Source: Octopus bimaculoides
Lineage: Eukaryota
Direction: 5' to 3'
DNA length: 42,415 bases
NCBI RefSeq assembly: GCF_001194135.2
Contig: NC_069002.1
Location: forward strand, 10,850,936-10,893,350
Every line of letters begins with the position of its first letter. Position 1 is the stretch's first letter. Below, in pieces: positions 12,820 through 23,749 of the stretch. The translations under genes were made by a program, and so were the position numbers. The notes beneath the pieces are model-generated. The model had not been told where the DNA came from. It saw nothing but the letters and a program-made list of their open reading frames with translations, and made no database searches.

Positions 12820-13040
12820 TACACATTTTTACTACCACATGATTGACCGTTGACTGAACACTATTCAATTTTATTTCTCCGTGTTTTTCTCCTTGTCTCC
12901 GTATTCTTTCTGTTGAAGAGCGTAGCTCGAAACGTCAAAGACTTTCCGTATTCCCGAGCGTCATACTAATATATACTTTTGTTATTTACACCACCTGTCC
13001 TCGTCTGTTGTTATTATTTGTATATTCTCCCGTATATATA
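12820..13040 (+). mobile_element. Probable Penelope-like pseudo-LTR remnant with hammerhead-like core
   Basis: TTGAAGAGCGTAGCTCGAAAC at 12913-12933 resembles CUGANGA..GAAAC, followed by a GTC-AAA-GAC hairpin. Confidence 0.4.
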
Positions 13041-13487
13041 CACCATACTCTATGACATTATATACACCATCACTACCTTGCAACACATCTATTATACTAC
13101 CACCACCACCACCACCACTGTCACTACCATTTCCACCACAACCACCACTACCACCACCACCACCATTGCAACTACCACTACCATCACTACCACAACCACC
13201 TTATGCTGCATTTTGAATACCTGCCAAGCTTTGCTTCAGTTTTCAAGGTTTTCCTTTGACTGAAAGACAGAAGGAGATGGAGAGAGGGTGGGGAGAGTGC
13301 GGGAAGAACAGGTAAGATGTTGTGTGATAAACGCACACATGCACATATGCATGCACACACACACGCACACACACAATTACAGGGATACACATAAATACAC
13401 ACGTATATTGAGCTAAACTGAAATAAGGAAAGCTTGATAGATAGGTATAAAGATAGATATAGAAATATAGATATACAATCAAACAGA

Positions 13488-13578
<91 letters not shown>

Positions 13579-13689
13579 TGATTGATAGATAGATATAGAG
13601 TTGATGGAAATCTAGAAATATTGAAAGATAGAATGGGATACATTAAAGTGATATATAATATGTATATAAATTCATGTGTGTATATATGC

Positions 13690-13721
<32 letters not shown>

Positions 13722-13976
13722 ATATCAATGCATGTGTTTATATACGCATGCAGTCACACACAATTTATATCCACCCTGTGCATATGTAAGTCTAACTCCC
13801 CCTCTCTCTTTCTCTCTCCCCCCCTACATGTGTATATATATATATATATATAGGCACAAATATGTGAACGTATGTATGGGTGTATATGTATATGTACATG
13901 TGTGTGCGTGTGTATATATATATATATATAGGCACAAATATGCCAACATATGTATGTGTGTGTATGTATATGTACA

Positions 13977-14053
<77 letters not shown>

Positions 14054-14140
14054 GGGGAGAGAAGTACAGTTAGACAAGTTACAGTGGGATCTTTAAAAAG
14101 ATGTCACAGCATCAATCAATGTTTCTGGCTTTGATTTCAT

Positions 14141-14171
<31 letters not shown>

Positions 14172-14680
14172 TTCAGTTTCAAAACAGCTTTTGCTCTCTG
14201 GGATAACTCCCACTTCGCTTATTGATATTTTTCTTCCCCTCAAACTACTCCTCTCTCTCCTCCTCCTCCTCTCACTTGTTCTCATTGTACCTGCTACAGT
14301 GTGTAGGCAGTGTCTATTTATATCTCTCTAGCTGTGACCCTGGAGTTGTTGCTGTGGTAGTTGTAGTAGTAGTTGTTGCTGTTGTAGTTGTTTTCATTTT
14401 GTCCTTCGTAAACCTTGATCCTCATCCAGCAAACATGTGATCAAAGACGTTCCGGATATGACCAACCTGTCTTTTCCCTGTGCATATCCACTCCAGGAAG
14501 ATACCATTTAATATGTCCATCTTTAGAAATTTTTGAAATAATGTGATTGGGATGGAGATTTAGCTGCTATTTCTAGCAAGTTTATCAACCATATAGAAGC
14601 ACTTTTGTTTCAATATATTGCGATGGTTTGTAGAATATTATGGTTTGGTGATGCCATGCACACACACACACACATGTATG

Positions 14681-15507
14681 TTATTTAGTTTTATTTCAAG
14701 ATTTCTTGCCTAAAGAGAAAGAGCCGGTTTCTAACCTAGATCCAAGGCTCCTTCATTGGAATTTCAACATCAACAGGGTATTTTTGTATGTATGTATGTA
14801 TGTATGTACATATGTATGTATTACAATTTATATTACAATGGGTATTACAATAGACAATACCAAGTGGACTCCCACTTTTTATCTCTCATGTTTTTCTTGG
14901 TGACTTCTTCTTTGTGATATAATACTTGGGAAAGAATATATTTGCGGCTGAAGATAGCTTTATACCATCCTGTCTATCAATTATATACCCATATAATGAT
15001 GCAACGACTATAAAGCTTGAAACACGTGTACCTTGGAATCCTTTGTGTTCTGGTTTTATTTTTACGTTTTTAATTTATTCTTTCACCCCAGCCACGGTCT
15101 GGCATACACAGGTGCTTGCAATTATCAAGTATTACCTCTAACATTTACTTTACCTATGTGATATGTTTTGTTTTATGTAGGTCTTCTCATGCATATACCT
15201 GCATATCTAGATATACTCATTTATACTTAAAGGATAAACTTCTGGAAAGTTTTACAGATTTTTACAGTTCCACTGATGCTTTCGATTTGTAGTCTTCGAA
15301 TCAGCTTTTTCCTTCTGGTTTTGAGAAACCTAATTTCTCAAGATTGGTATTTAGGCAGTGGGTTACATATCCCAAGGCCCCAATAATTACAGGTATAAGC
15401 CTGAATTTGTAATCTGGATAGAGCAGCTACAGATTCCTCAATAGTTCTGCATAGGTATTTTCTTTGCCACTGATCTTCAGCTTTATGTGAACATCTGTTG
15501 TATGCAA

Positions 15508-15508
<1 letters not shown>
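14681..15508 (-). mobile_element. R4/Dong-like non-LTR retrotransposon 3' end (RLE C-terminus plus 3' UTR), decayed
   Basis: Minus strand reads DVHIKLKISGKENTYAELLRNL*LLYPDYKFRLIPVIIGALGYVTHCLNTNLEKLGFSKPE, then after a frameshift KKLIRRLQIESISGTVKICKTFQKFIL* (stop at 15227-15229). Fits the IP.VIGALG..LQ....GT..I end of RLE-clade elements. The terminal 100 bp recurs at 39221-39320. Confidence 0.7.
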
Positions 15509-15547
<39 letters not shown>

Positions 15548-15554
15548 TGGCACG

Positions 15555-15845
15555 TGGTTTATTGATTAGGGTATTCAGCTCATAATCGTAAGGTCACGAG
15601 TTCAATTCCCGGCAGCACATTGTGTCATTGAGTGAGATACTTTATTTCACACAGCTAGCAAAAATGAGTAGTACTTCAAGGGCCAGCCTTGTCACACTCT
15701 GTGTCATGCTGAATCTCCCTGAAAAATATATTATGAGTACATGTGTCTGTGGAATACTCAGCCACTTGCACGTTAATTTTATGAAGTGGCTGTTCTGCTG
15801 TTGATCAGATCAACTAGACCACTTGTTGTAAGTGAAGGAGAACCA
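15555..15845 (+). mobile_element. Chimeric SINE: D-like head/core plus family C 3' module
   Basis: B-box GAGTTCAATTCCC; 3' module shared with 19720-19880. Confidence 0.75.
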
Positions 15846-15903
15846 GTTATATATTTGACTTCGCTTTTCATTCTTTCAAGATTGATAAAATAAATACCGG
15901 TTG

Positions 15904-16296
15904 ATGTTGTTGTTGGCACTCCGTCGCTTACGGACGCCGAGGGCTCCAGTTGGTCCGATCAACGGAACAGCCTGCTCGTGAAATTAACGACCAAGTGGCT
16001 GAGCACTCCACAGACACGTGTACCCCTGAACGTAGTTCTCGGGGATATTCAGCGTGACACAGAGTGTGACAAGGCTGACCCTTTGAAATACAGGCACAAC
16101 AGAAACAGGAAGTAAGAGTGAGAGAAAGTTGTGGTGGAAGAGTACAGCAGGGTTCGCCACCATCCCCTGCCGGAGCCTCGTGGAGCTTTAGGTGTTTTCC
16201 CTCAATAAACACTCACAATGCCCGGTCTGGAAATCGAAACCGCGACCCTATGACCGCGAGTCCGCTGCCCTAACCACTGGGCCATTGCACCTCCAC
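15904..16296 (-). mobile_element. SINE family C, full length and young, (CAA)n tail, nested inside a family A copy (15856-15903 and 16297-16390)
   Basis: A-box TGGCCCAGTGG, B-box GTTTCGATTTCC; highly similar to 19505-19885. Family A core on the left and tail on the right. Confidence 0.9.
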
Positions 16297-17362
16297 TCAA
16301 GTGCTGGTTGAACACAGGGGTCAATATAACTGACTAGTTCCACCTTCGAAATTGCTGGCCTTGTACCAAAATTTGAAACCATTGTTATTCCTTTATTTGT
16401 TTTTGTCTGTTTTTTTTTCAAACCTTCAAGAAGATTCTTGACCAAGATATTATTACATCCTGTAATTCCATTCTTCAATTTTATCTCATTTCATTTCACC
16501 TCATCCGAACCCATCTTATCTCATTATCTCATCTTAATAAACTCTTCTAACCCACCATCTCTCTTTTCCATCTCTCTCTCCCACTCCCTCTCTCATCTTT
16601 TTCGCCCACTATCTTTCTCTTTCTCATATCTAAAATCTCCCTTTAGTTCTATCTCTCCCTCTCTTTCTATCTCTCTCATTTTTTCATCTCAAACTTCCCC
16701 AGCTCCTTCCTCTCTATGTGTCCTTCTTTGCCTTTCTCTCTCTCTCTCTCTCTCTCTCATAAGAGTCTCACCATATAAACCCTTCTCTCTTCCACTCACA
16801 CTCACTTTACAATACCTCTTTCTCTCATTTCCTCTCTCCCTCTCACTCCTTCTCTCATTTCCTCTCTCCCTCTCACTCCTTCTCTCATTTCCTCTCTCCC
16901 TCTCACTCCTTCTCTCTCTCCCTCTCCCCATGCCCCTCTCTCTTTCTCCCTCCTATATTAATAAACTCATCCACTCACCCTCTATCTCACCCACCTACCT
17001 ACCTACTAACTGTTTTTCCATTCATTTAATTTCTGCCTAGTTACATGTTTAGGCGGAGAAGGTCCTGAAAGCCTTGTGGCTGGGGGTGGGGAATGGATAG
17101 ATGGATGGATGGATGGTGGTGATGGTGCAGTTCTCGTGGTTCTGCAGTTGGTGAAGAAGAAGAAGAAGAAGAAGAAGAAGAAGAAGCATTAATTTGTTCA
17201 TGAAAAGATTCTTTCAAGAAACCAAAACAGAGGATATGGGGTACATGGTGTTTCCTTGTTATTAACACCCATACTACTGCATCCACCACATCCAATACCA
17301 CCACCACCTCTACTTCCCCACCACTGCTATCGCTATTAGCATGATTACCACCTTCTTGCCAG

Positions 17363-17419
17363 TTGTTCTGATTTGAAAGCAATCAACAATGAACTCCTGA
17401 ATTGCATCACTGGTGCTGA
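17363..17419 (+). CDS. Candidate coding exon 1 of a ubiquitin-like-domain gene: CSDLKAINNELLNCITGA
   Basis: Acceptor CCTTCTTGCCAG, donor GTAAGT; open frame; phase-compatible with the next candidate exon. Confidence 0.45.
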
Positions 17420-17652
17420 GTAAGTTCATTAAAAAGAAAAAAAAAAATCCTTTCCACTACTTCACAGAGGTGGCCACCACTACTGATCAAGCTGCTCTGT
17501 TCGTTCGAAGTTTCTGACTTTAATCTCCCTCCTCTACTTTCTCTTTCCCTTTCTCACTTTCCCTCTTCATCAAATTGTTCTTTCTCTTTTCATTCTTTTT
17601 CCCTCTCTCTCCCTTTTCTGTCTGTTTCTTTCCTTTCTTCTCTATCTCCCCC

Positions 17653-17683
<31 letters not shown>

Positions 17684-17889
17684 GTGTAAATATCTTCTTA
17701 CTCCCTCCTCTTCCAAATATATTAGGGGAGGATTTCATTGATACTCTTTTTCTTTCTCATCTCACTACAAGTTTATTTTCCTTCTTTCTCTCTCCCAATT
17801 CTCTCCTCTATCTCACTCCCCTTCTCTCTCTCCCATCTCTTTACCCTCTTGCACCCTTTCTCCTCTCCCCCTTCTCTCAGTTCTTATAC

Positions 17890-18160
17890 CTATCTCCTTA
17901 CAACATAACCATCCTCTTTATACATCCCACTATCTCTTTCTCTCAACTTACAACATAACCATCCTCTCTATACATCCCACTATCTCTTTCTCTCTACTTA
18001 CCACCATACCTTCCTCTCTATACATCCCACTATCTCTTTCTCTCTACTTACCACCAAACCTTCCTCTCTATACATCCCACTATCTCTTTCTCTCTACTTA
18101 ACACCATGCCTTCCTCTCCATATAACCCACTGTCTTTTTCTCTCTATATCCCAACATTTG
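17890..18160. repeat. 50-bp tandem repeat, about 5 copies
   Basis: TACATCCCAC at 17921, 17971, 18021, 18071 and a variant at 18121. Confidence 0.9.
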
Positions 18161-18435
18161 TCTTTTCCTTTTTCTCCCTACCCTCATTCCACTGTCTTTC
18201 TAATATCCACTCTTTCTCCATCTACACATTACCATCTTCCCTGCTCTCAATCACTCCTACCCCATCTATTCTCTCCCTCTGACTATTCCTTTTTTTTCTT
18301 CTTTACCAAGCACCATCTCTCACCATCCCCTCTCTTTAATCCATCAATCTTTCACTTTTTCTTACCGTTCCTCTCTATTGCCTCTATATAGTCACTTGAC
18401 CTGACAGAAAAAGCAGCCAAATAACCCTCAAATAG

Positions 18436-18499
18436 CATATCAACCACCTTAACCAATGGAAAGACATTACGTAACATAGTTCTTGAAATTTCTAAACAG
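18436..18499 (+). CDS. Candidate coding exon 2: (D)ISTTLTNGKTLRNIVLEISKQ
   Basis: Donor CAG|GTGATA; weak acceptor CTCAAATAG; 64 nt, phase 2 to phase 0. Confidence 0.4.
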
Positions 18500-19119
18500 G
18501 TGATATGGCAGGATGGATAGTTGGGATGGAAGAAAGGGTGGATGGTTGAATGGATGGATGGATGACTAGATGTTAGGTAGGATGTTAAGTAAGCAAGTAG
18601 GCTTGATAGGTTGATCGATCGATTAAAGCAAATTGATGGATAGATAGGTAGATGGATGGATAATATATGTAAATATCTATTATCCATTACTGTAACAAGT
18701 AAGTTTAATTGCATATAACCACATTATATACACCACGTTATATACATACATATACATGTGTGTGTCTGAGTGTATGTATATATATATATTTATACATATA
18801 TGTATGTAAATATATATATATGTGTATATGTGTGTATATATGTATATTTATATTCATACGCATGCACATATATGCATTTACATGCACATATATATATATG
18901 TACATGTACACTCTCACACAGATATATAAATATATATGTATACACATACAAATATATATATACATACAGGAACATAAACACACTCACACACACAAGCATG
19001 TAAAATATATTTGAATAAGATGTTCAACATTTATACTAAAACATTCATTTCTATTTATTCAAACATATACAATTAAGGAAACGGTAATTGGCAGAGAACA
19101 AGCAGCTGCAATAAGTCAA

Positions 19120-19340
19120 ACAGATGCATTCAAAGATGCACCAAGGTAATTATAGGTGAACTGAGACAACTTGAAGTTGCAGCAAAACAATTAGAGTTGT
19201 ACTTAATTTACAGAATTTGCACCAAGACCATTAAAACTGCACCGAAGCAATTAGAGTTGAACCAAGACAATTGAAGATGCACCGATGCAATTGATGTATC
19301 ATTGAGTCTATTGATATTGCACCAGGAACCATTAAAATTG
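19120..19340. repeat. 20-bp minisatellite with alternating 40-bp higher-order structure
   Basis: ACCAAGACCATTAAAACTGC / ACCGAAGCAATTAGAGTTGA / ACCAAGACAATTGAAGATGC / ACCGATGCAATTGATGTATC at 19221-19300. Confidence 0.8.
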
Positions 19341-19504
19341 CTCTGTTGTTTTTAGAGCTGCTTTGAGAATATTAACAGAGCACAGAGGTTATTAAAATCA
19401 TTTTATTATCATTAAACTTATTTAAAGTTCTACTGAAACAATGAAAATGGCATTAAGGCCATTAAAGATAGACTGAAGCTATTTTCTAGAATATTATGTG
19501 GGTG

Positions 19505-19885
19505 TGTGGAGGCGCAATGGCCCAGTGGTTAGGGCAGCAGACTCGCGGTCATGGGATCGTGGTTTCGATCCCCAGACCGGGCATTGTGAGTGTTTATTGA
19601 GCGAAAACACCCAAAGCTCCACGAGGCTCCAGCAGGGGATGGTGTGGCGAACCCTGCTGTACTCTTTCACCACAACTTTCTCTCACTCTTACTTCCTGTT
19701 TCTGTTGTGCCTGTAATTCAAAGGGTCAGCCTTGTCACACTGTGTCACGCTGAATATCTCCGAGAACTACGTTAAGGGTACACGTGTCTGTGAAGTGCTC
19801 AGCCACTTGCACGTTAATTTCACGAGCAGGCTGTTCCGTTGATCAGATAAACTGGAATCTTCATTGTTATAACCGATGGAGCACC
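19505..19885 (+). mobile_element. SINE family C, full length
   Basis: GGCGCAATGGCCCAGTGGTTAGGGCAGC..GGTTTCGATCCC; reverse-complement match to 15904-16296. Confidence 0.9.
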
Positions 19886-20269
19886 AGTCATGTGGGTGAA
19901 ACTCCAAGAAGAACCGGTCCCGTGATCATTTCCTGCACCATTCTAAGCATGTCTCCAGTACCAGAGCAGTGATCTCTCAATGCCCAGAAGTAGTTGTTTG
20001 ACCTGGACAGACTCCTTGAACTCTGATCTATGGATCCTGTTGAATAGTGTTACTTTAGAGACCTCAGGTTTTAGACCAAGAATGAGATTAAAAAATTACT
20101 AATTTTAAATCTCACGACATGAGAAAATATAAGGACACAGATCATGTTGTATAGCCAGCTGGAGACGATGTCTCCTGGGGCTAAATTACAGCAACATTAG
20201 TCCTAAACTAGGACTGCCATGTTATGTTGGCAAACAATCTTTACTCTCAAGAATGAGATGACTGGATGT

Positions 20270-20500
20270 TATTCATATGTGGTTTAATGGACAAAGTGTT
20301 GCACTCATGATTGTAAGTTAGTTGTTTCGATTCCTGGACCAGGCGACACATTGTATTCTTGAGCAAAACACTTAATTTCATGTTGCTCCAATCCACTCAG
20401 CTAGCGAAAATGAGTAATCATGTGATGGACCCCTGTCCCATCCAGACGGGGAATATATATGCCATAGAAACTGGGAAACCAGCTTCCCAGATATCCATGA
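20270..20500 (+). mobile_element. SINE family D with tail type D2 (GTGATGGAC..CCCATCCAG)
   Basis: Same core as 1500-1560 but a different tail. Confidence 0.75.
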
Positions 20501-20504
20501 TGTA

Positions 20505-20692
20505 CATATTCCCAACCTAGACAGGACGCCAGTCCATCACAGGATGACTCATTTTTGCCAGCCAAGTAGACTGGAGCAACATGAAATGAAGTGTTTTGCT
20601 CAAGAACATAACATACTGCCTGGTCTGGGAATCGAACCCATGGTCTGGCAATCATAAGTGCAATACCCTAACCACCAGGCTGCATGCCTTCA
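20505..20692 (-). mobile_element. SINE family D (tail D2), tail-to-tail with the previous copy
   Basis: CTGGAGCAACATGAAATGAAGTGTTTTGCTCAAGAAC is the reverse complement of the core. Confidence 0.8.
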
Positions 20693-20707
20693 CCTTATAT
20701 ATCTCTA

Positions 20708-20939
20708 CAATGTTCTTTTCTACTCTGGACATGCCTGCACTAGGCACAAGGCCCAAAATTTTGGGGTAGGTGGCCAGTCAATTAGATCGACCCCAGTACA
20801 CAACTGGTACTTAATTTATCGACCCCAAAAGGATGAAAAGCAAAGTCGACCTCGGCAGAATTTGAACTCAGAACATAAAGACATGAAATACCGCTAAGCA
20901 TTTCACCTGGTGTGCTAATGCTTCAGCCAGCTCGCCACC
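20708..20939 (-). mobile_element. SINE family A with a 12-bp target-site duplication
   Basis: TATATATCTCTA at 20696-20707 and 20940-20951. Confidence 0.85.
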
Positions 20940-20949
20940 TATATATCTC

Positions 20950-21110
20950 TATAATATTATATGTGTTGATATCCTTGTAGTATATCTCTGTATTATGTTG
21001 GAAATATATCAAATGAAGCTGTATAAAATATCTTTGTGACAACATTCTCTGGTTCTGTATTTTGGTGAAGGAAATTTGATGAAGAAAATTGTCTGAGAGA
21101 GAGGTTATCT
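20950..21110 (-). pseudogene. LRR-coding fragment, paralog 2: *ITSLSDNFLHQISFTKIQNQRMLSQRYFIQLHLIYFQHNTEIYYKDINTY
   Basis: 138 nt colinear with 22769-22906; in-frame TAG where paralog 1 has AAG; cut off by a SINE. Confidence 0.55.
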
Positions 21111-21277
21111 AAGACAATAATGGCTGGTTTCATATGATGCATCAGTTCTTCAAAAATGGTTCTATTTGTATTTACATTTGTGTGTGTGCGTCTTTATTGG
21201 TTTGTATGTGTGCGTGTATGTGTATGCTTCTATTTGCTCACACATAGCCAACGTTTTGATATGAGTGACTAGTACAA

Positions 21278-21316
<39 letters not shown>

Positions 21317-21409
21317 TATTTTTGTGTATGTGTGTGTGTATATAGTGTGTATGTGTGTGTGTATATAGCGTGTATGTGTGTGTGTATGTGTATATGTGTG
21401 TGCTTTTGT

Positions 21410-21632
21410 ATTTGTCGCCACCACTTGATAATCAGTGTTGATCAGATTGTATCCCCGCAACTTAATACTTTCGCAAAAGAGACCAATTGATATGACTGAC
21501 CATTCCGACAGTGTGTGCTCACTGGCTTCCTAGCGCAAGCGTGTAGCTTAGTGATTAGAGTGTTAGACTCATGATCATAATATCGTGGTTTCAATCCCTG
21601 GACTGGGTGATGTATTTTGTTCTTGAGCAAAA

Positions 21633-21679
<47 letters not shown>

Positions 21680-21800
21680 TATTGGACTGGTCAGTCATAT
21701 CAAAACTAAAAAATAAGTACTGGGGGTGATTTGTTCAACTAAAATCCCTCCAAAGCAGTACCCCAGTATGGCCACAGTCCAGTGACCAAAGAGTGTGAAA
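21410..21800 (+). mobile_element. SINE family B 3' half interrupted at 21487-21703 by an inverted-repeat-bounded insert containing a family D head and (CA)n
   Basis: GCAAAAGAGACC on the left; AATAAGTACT..CCAGTATGGCCACAGTCC on the right. Confidence 0.65.
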
Positions 21801-21869
21801 AATTAAAAAAAAAAGATACAAGATAAATGATCTTTGAAAAGAGGAGGAGGGGCAGCATCTCTGCAGATA

Positions 21870-22306
21870 ATGGCACTTGGAATACAATATGTTGGAATAA
21901 AATTCTCTAAAGAGGGACAATTGTCTGAAAAAATTGGAATTCTTACATGTTACAGGAAACCAACTCACCGAAATTTTAATTTATTTTTTCATTGACAAAC
22001 TTTTATGGGATGATCATGGCTGGAAAACATTGGTCTACTAAATAATTGCTGACCTGAGGCTAACTCACCAACAATGATAAATGACAAACAAGAATATTAT
22101 TAGTGGTAATGTCTGTCTGTATAAGACATATCAGGTTTATAGTGCTTTGTTCCCTTTCTATAAAGAGCTGAAGGCTTGACAGAGAAAGCTACGATCAATT
22201 ATGACGATTGCTTGGAGATACAAGGCACATAATAAAAACCAGCCTAGACACATTTTCACAGCAAGAAACTATTAGTAACTCTTATTTAAACACCTTGTAC
22301 ATTAAA

Positions 22307-22347
<41 letters not shown>

Positions 22348-22933
22348 CGTGACATGTGTAAGGATTTTCGAGCGAGATCGTTGCCAGTGCCCCTGGACTG
22401 GCTCTTGTGCGGGTGGCACATAAAATACACCATTTTGAGCATGGCCGTTGCCAGCACCGCCTGGCTGGCCTTCGTGCCGGTGGCACGTAAAAGCACCCAC
22501 TACACTCTCTGAGTGGTTGGCGTTAGGAAGGGCATCCAGCTGTAGAAACTCTGCCAAATCGGATTGGAGCCTGGTGTTGCCATCTGGTTTCACCAGTCCT
22601 CAGTCAAATCGTCCAACCCATGCTAGCATGGAAAGCGGACGTTAAACGATGATGATGATGATATATCTCTTTTTGCTACAAATTTGTGGCCCTGTTCTAA
22701 TGTAGAAAGCCATTAATTTATGAGCAAATGTAATCTATATATCTATATTGTATATCTTTATCAACATAATATGTGTTGATATTCACATGGTATATTGCTG
22801 TATTGTGAGGAAAATACATCAACTGCAAACAGATGAAGTGCCTTCGTGACAACGTTGTGTAGTTGTGTGTTTTGGTGAACGAAATTTGATGAAGAAAATT
22901 GTCTGAGAGAGAGAGAGAGGTTATCTTAGACAA
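21870..22933 (-). pseudogene. Decayed leucine-rich-repeat gene (TLR/LGR-type ectodomain-like), paralog 1, split by a family E SINE
   Basis: ITSLSLSDNFLHQI fits LxxLxLxxNxLxxI exactly; LQLMYFPHN fits LxxLxLxxN. Weaker remnants KPDMSY (~22110) and VRIPIFSDN (~21930) lie downstream, with stops and frameshifts. Confidence 0.55.
22340..22662 (+). mobile_element. SINE family E, (GAT)n tail
   Basis: GGTTGGCGTTAGGAAGGGCATCCAGCTG..GGACGTTAAACGATGATGATG; homologous to 38985-39180 and 12266-12500. Confidence 0.85.
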
Positions 22934-23749
22934 TAATGGTTAGTGTCATATGATATCTTCGTTCTTAGAAAATGGTTCGGTTTGTGTTTATGCTTGTGTT
23001 CATGTGTGTGTGTGTATGTGTGTTTCGTCTGTGTATGTGTATGTGCATTTGTGTACTTATTTGTGTTTATGTGTGTGTGTTTCATCTGTGTGTGTGTGTG
23101 TGTACGTGTGTTTCGTCTGTGTGTGTGTGTGTATGTGTGTTTCGTCTGTGTGTGTGTGTGTACGTGTGTTTCGTCTGTGTGTGAGTGTGCATTCGTGTAC
23201 TTATTTGTTTATGTATGTGTGTGTATTTGTGTGTTTGTGCATGTGTGTGTGTAGTGATTTGTGTGTTTGTGCATGTGTGTGTGTAGTGATTTGTGTGTTT
23301 ATGCATGTGTGTTTGTGTGTACTTACTTGTGTGTACATGTGCATAAATACTTTATTTGACTGTACATGTATGAACGTTTCGTCTGTGTATACACATATGT
23401 TTAAGTGTAAATGTGTGTATATATGTGTACATGTTTGTCAGTATATATATGTCTGTGTATATATATGCGCGCACACACACGTGTGTGTGTGTGTGTGTGT
23501 GTGTCCGTCCATTTACTCTTTACAATAACAATCTTGGTAAAAGTCATGATATGACTGACCACTCTGGTGATTATGGTGGAGCAAGGTAGGGGGAGATGGT
23601 CACACATTTCCTGTTGGCTTTGCAGTTTTTTTATTACCTTATTCTTCCTCATCCTTTCCATCACCATCCTCTCACTAACTCCATCTGTCTGTCTGTCTCT
23701 TTCTGCCTTTATCTCACACTTGTTCTCTTTCTTCCTTTCAAACTAAATC

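Noticed and set aside
7900-14100. Many long ORFs rich in Y/I, H/T, V/C, S/F or X (also 22900-25300, 32400-33900, 35600-36400, 38000-41300)
   Set aside because: They are translations of microsatellites, low-complexity tracts or N gaps.
17041-17382. 113-aa minus ORF with poly-S and poly-H
   Set aside because: Built largely from (GAA)n, (GGAT)n and ACC-rich repeats; no recognisable domain.
17350-18491. Alternative minus-strand exon pair 18491-18401 and 17415-~17350 (ISRTMLRNVFPLVKVVDMLFEGYLAAFSV-S-TSDAIQEFIVDCFQIRTTGKK)
   Set aside because: Also phase-compatible, but its donors are weak (GTCAAG, GTGGTA) and I recognise no domain. It is the antisense mirror of the + model. Disfavoured, not excluded.
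19505-19580. tRNA-like sequence with A and B boxes (likewise other SINE heads)
   Set aside because: It continues into SINE body and tail and is multicopy, so it is a SINE head rather than a tRNA gene.
19880-20270. Possible TIR or 7TM remnant downstream of the LRR fragments (NLAPGD, NYFWALR)
   Set aside because: Short motifs in stop-interrupted frames; consistent with chance.
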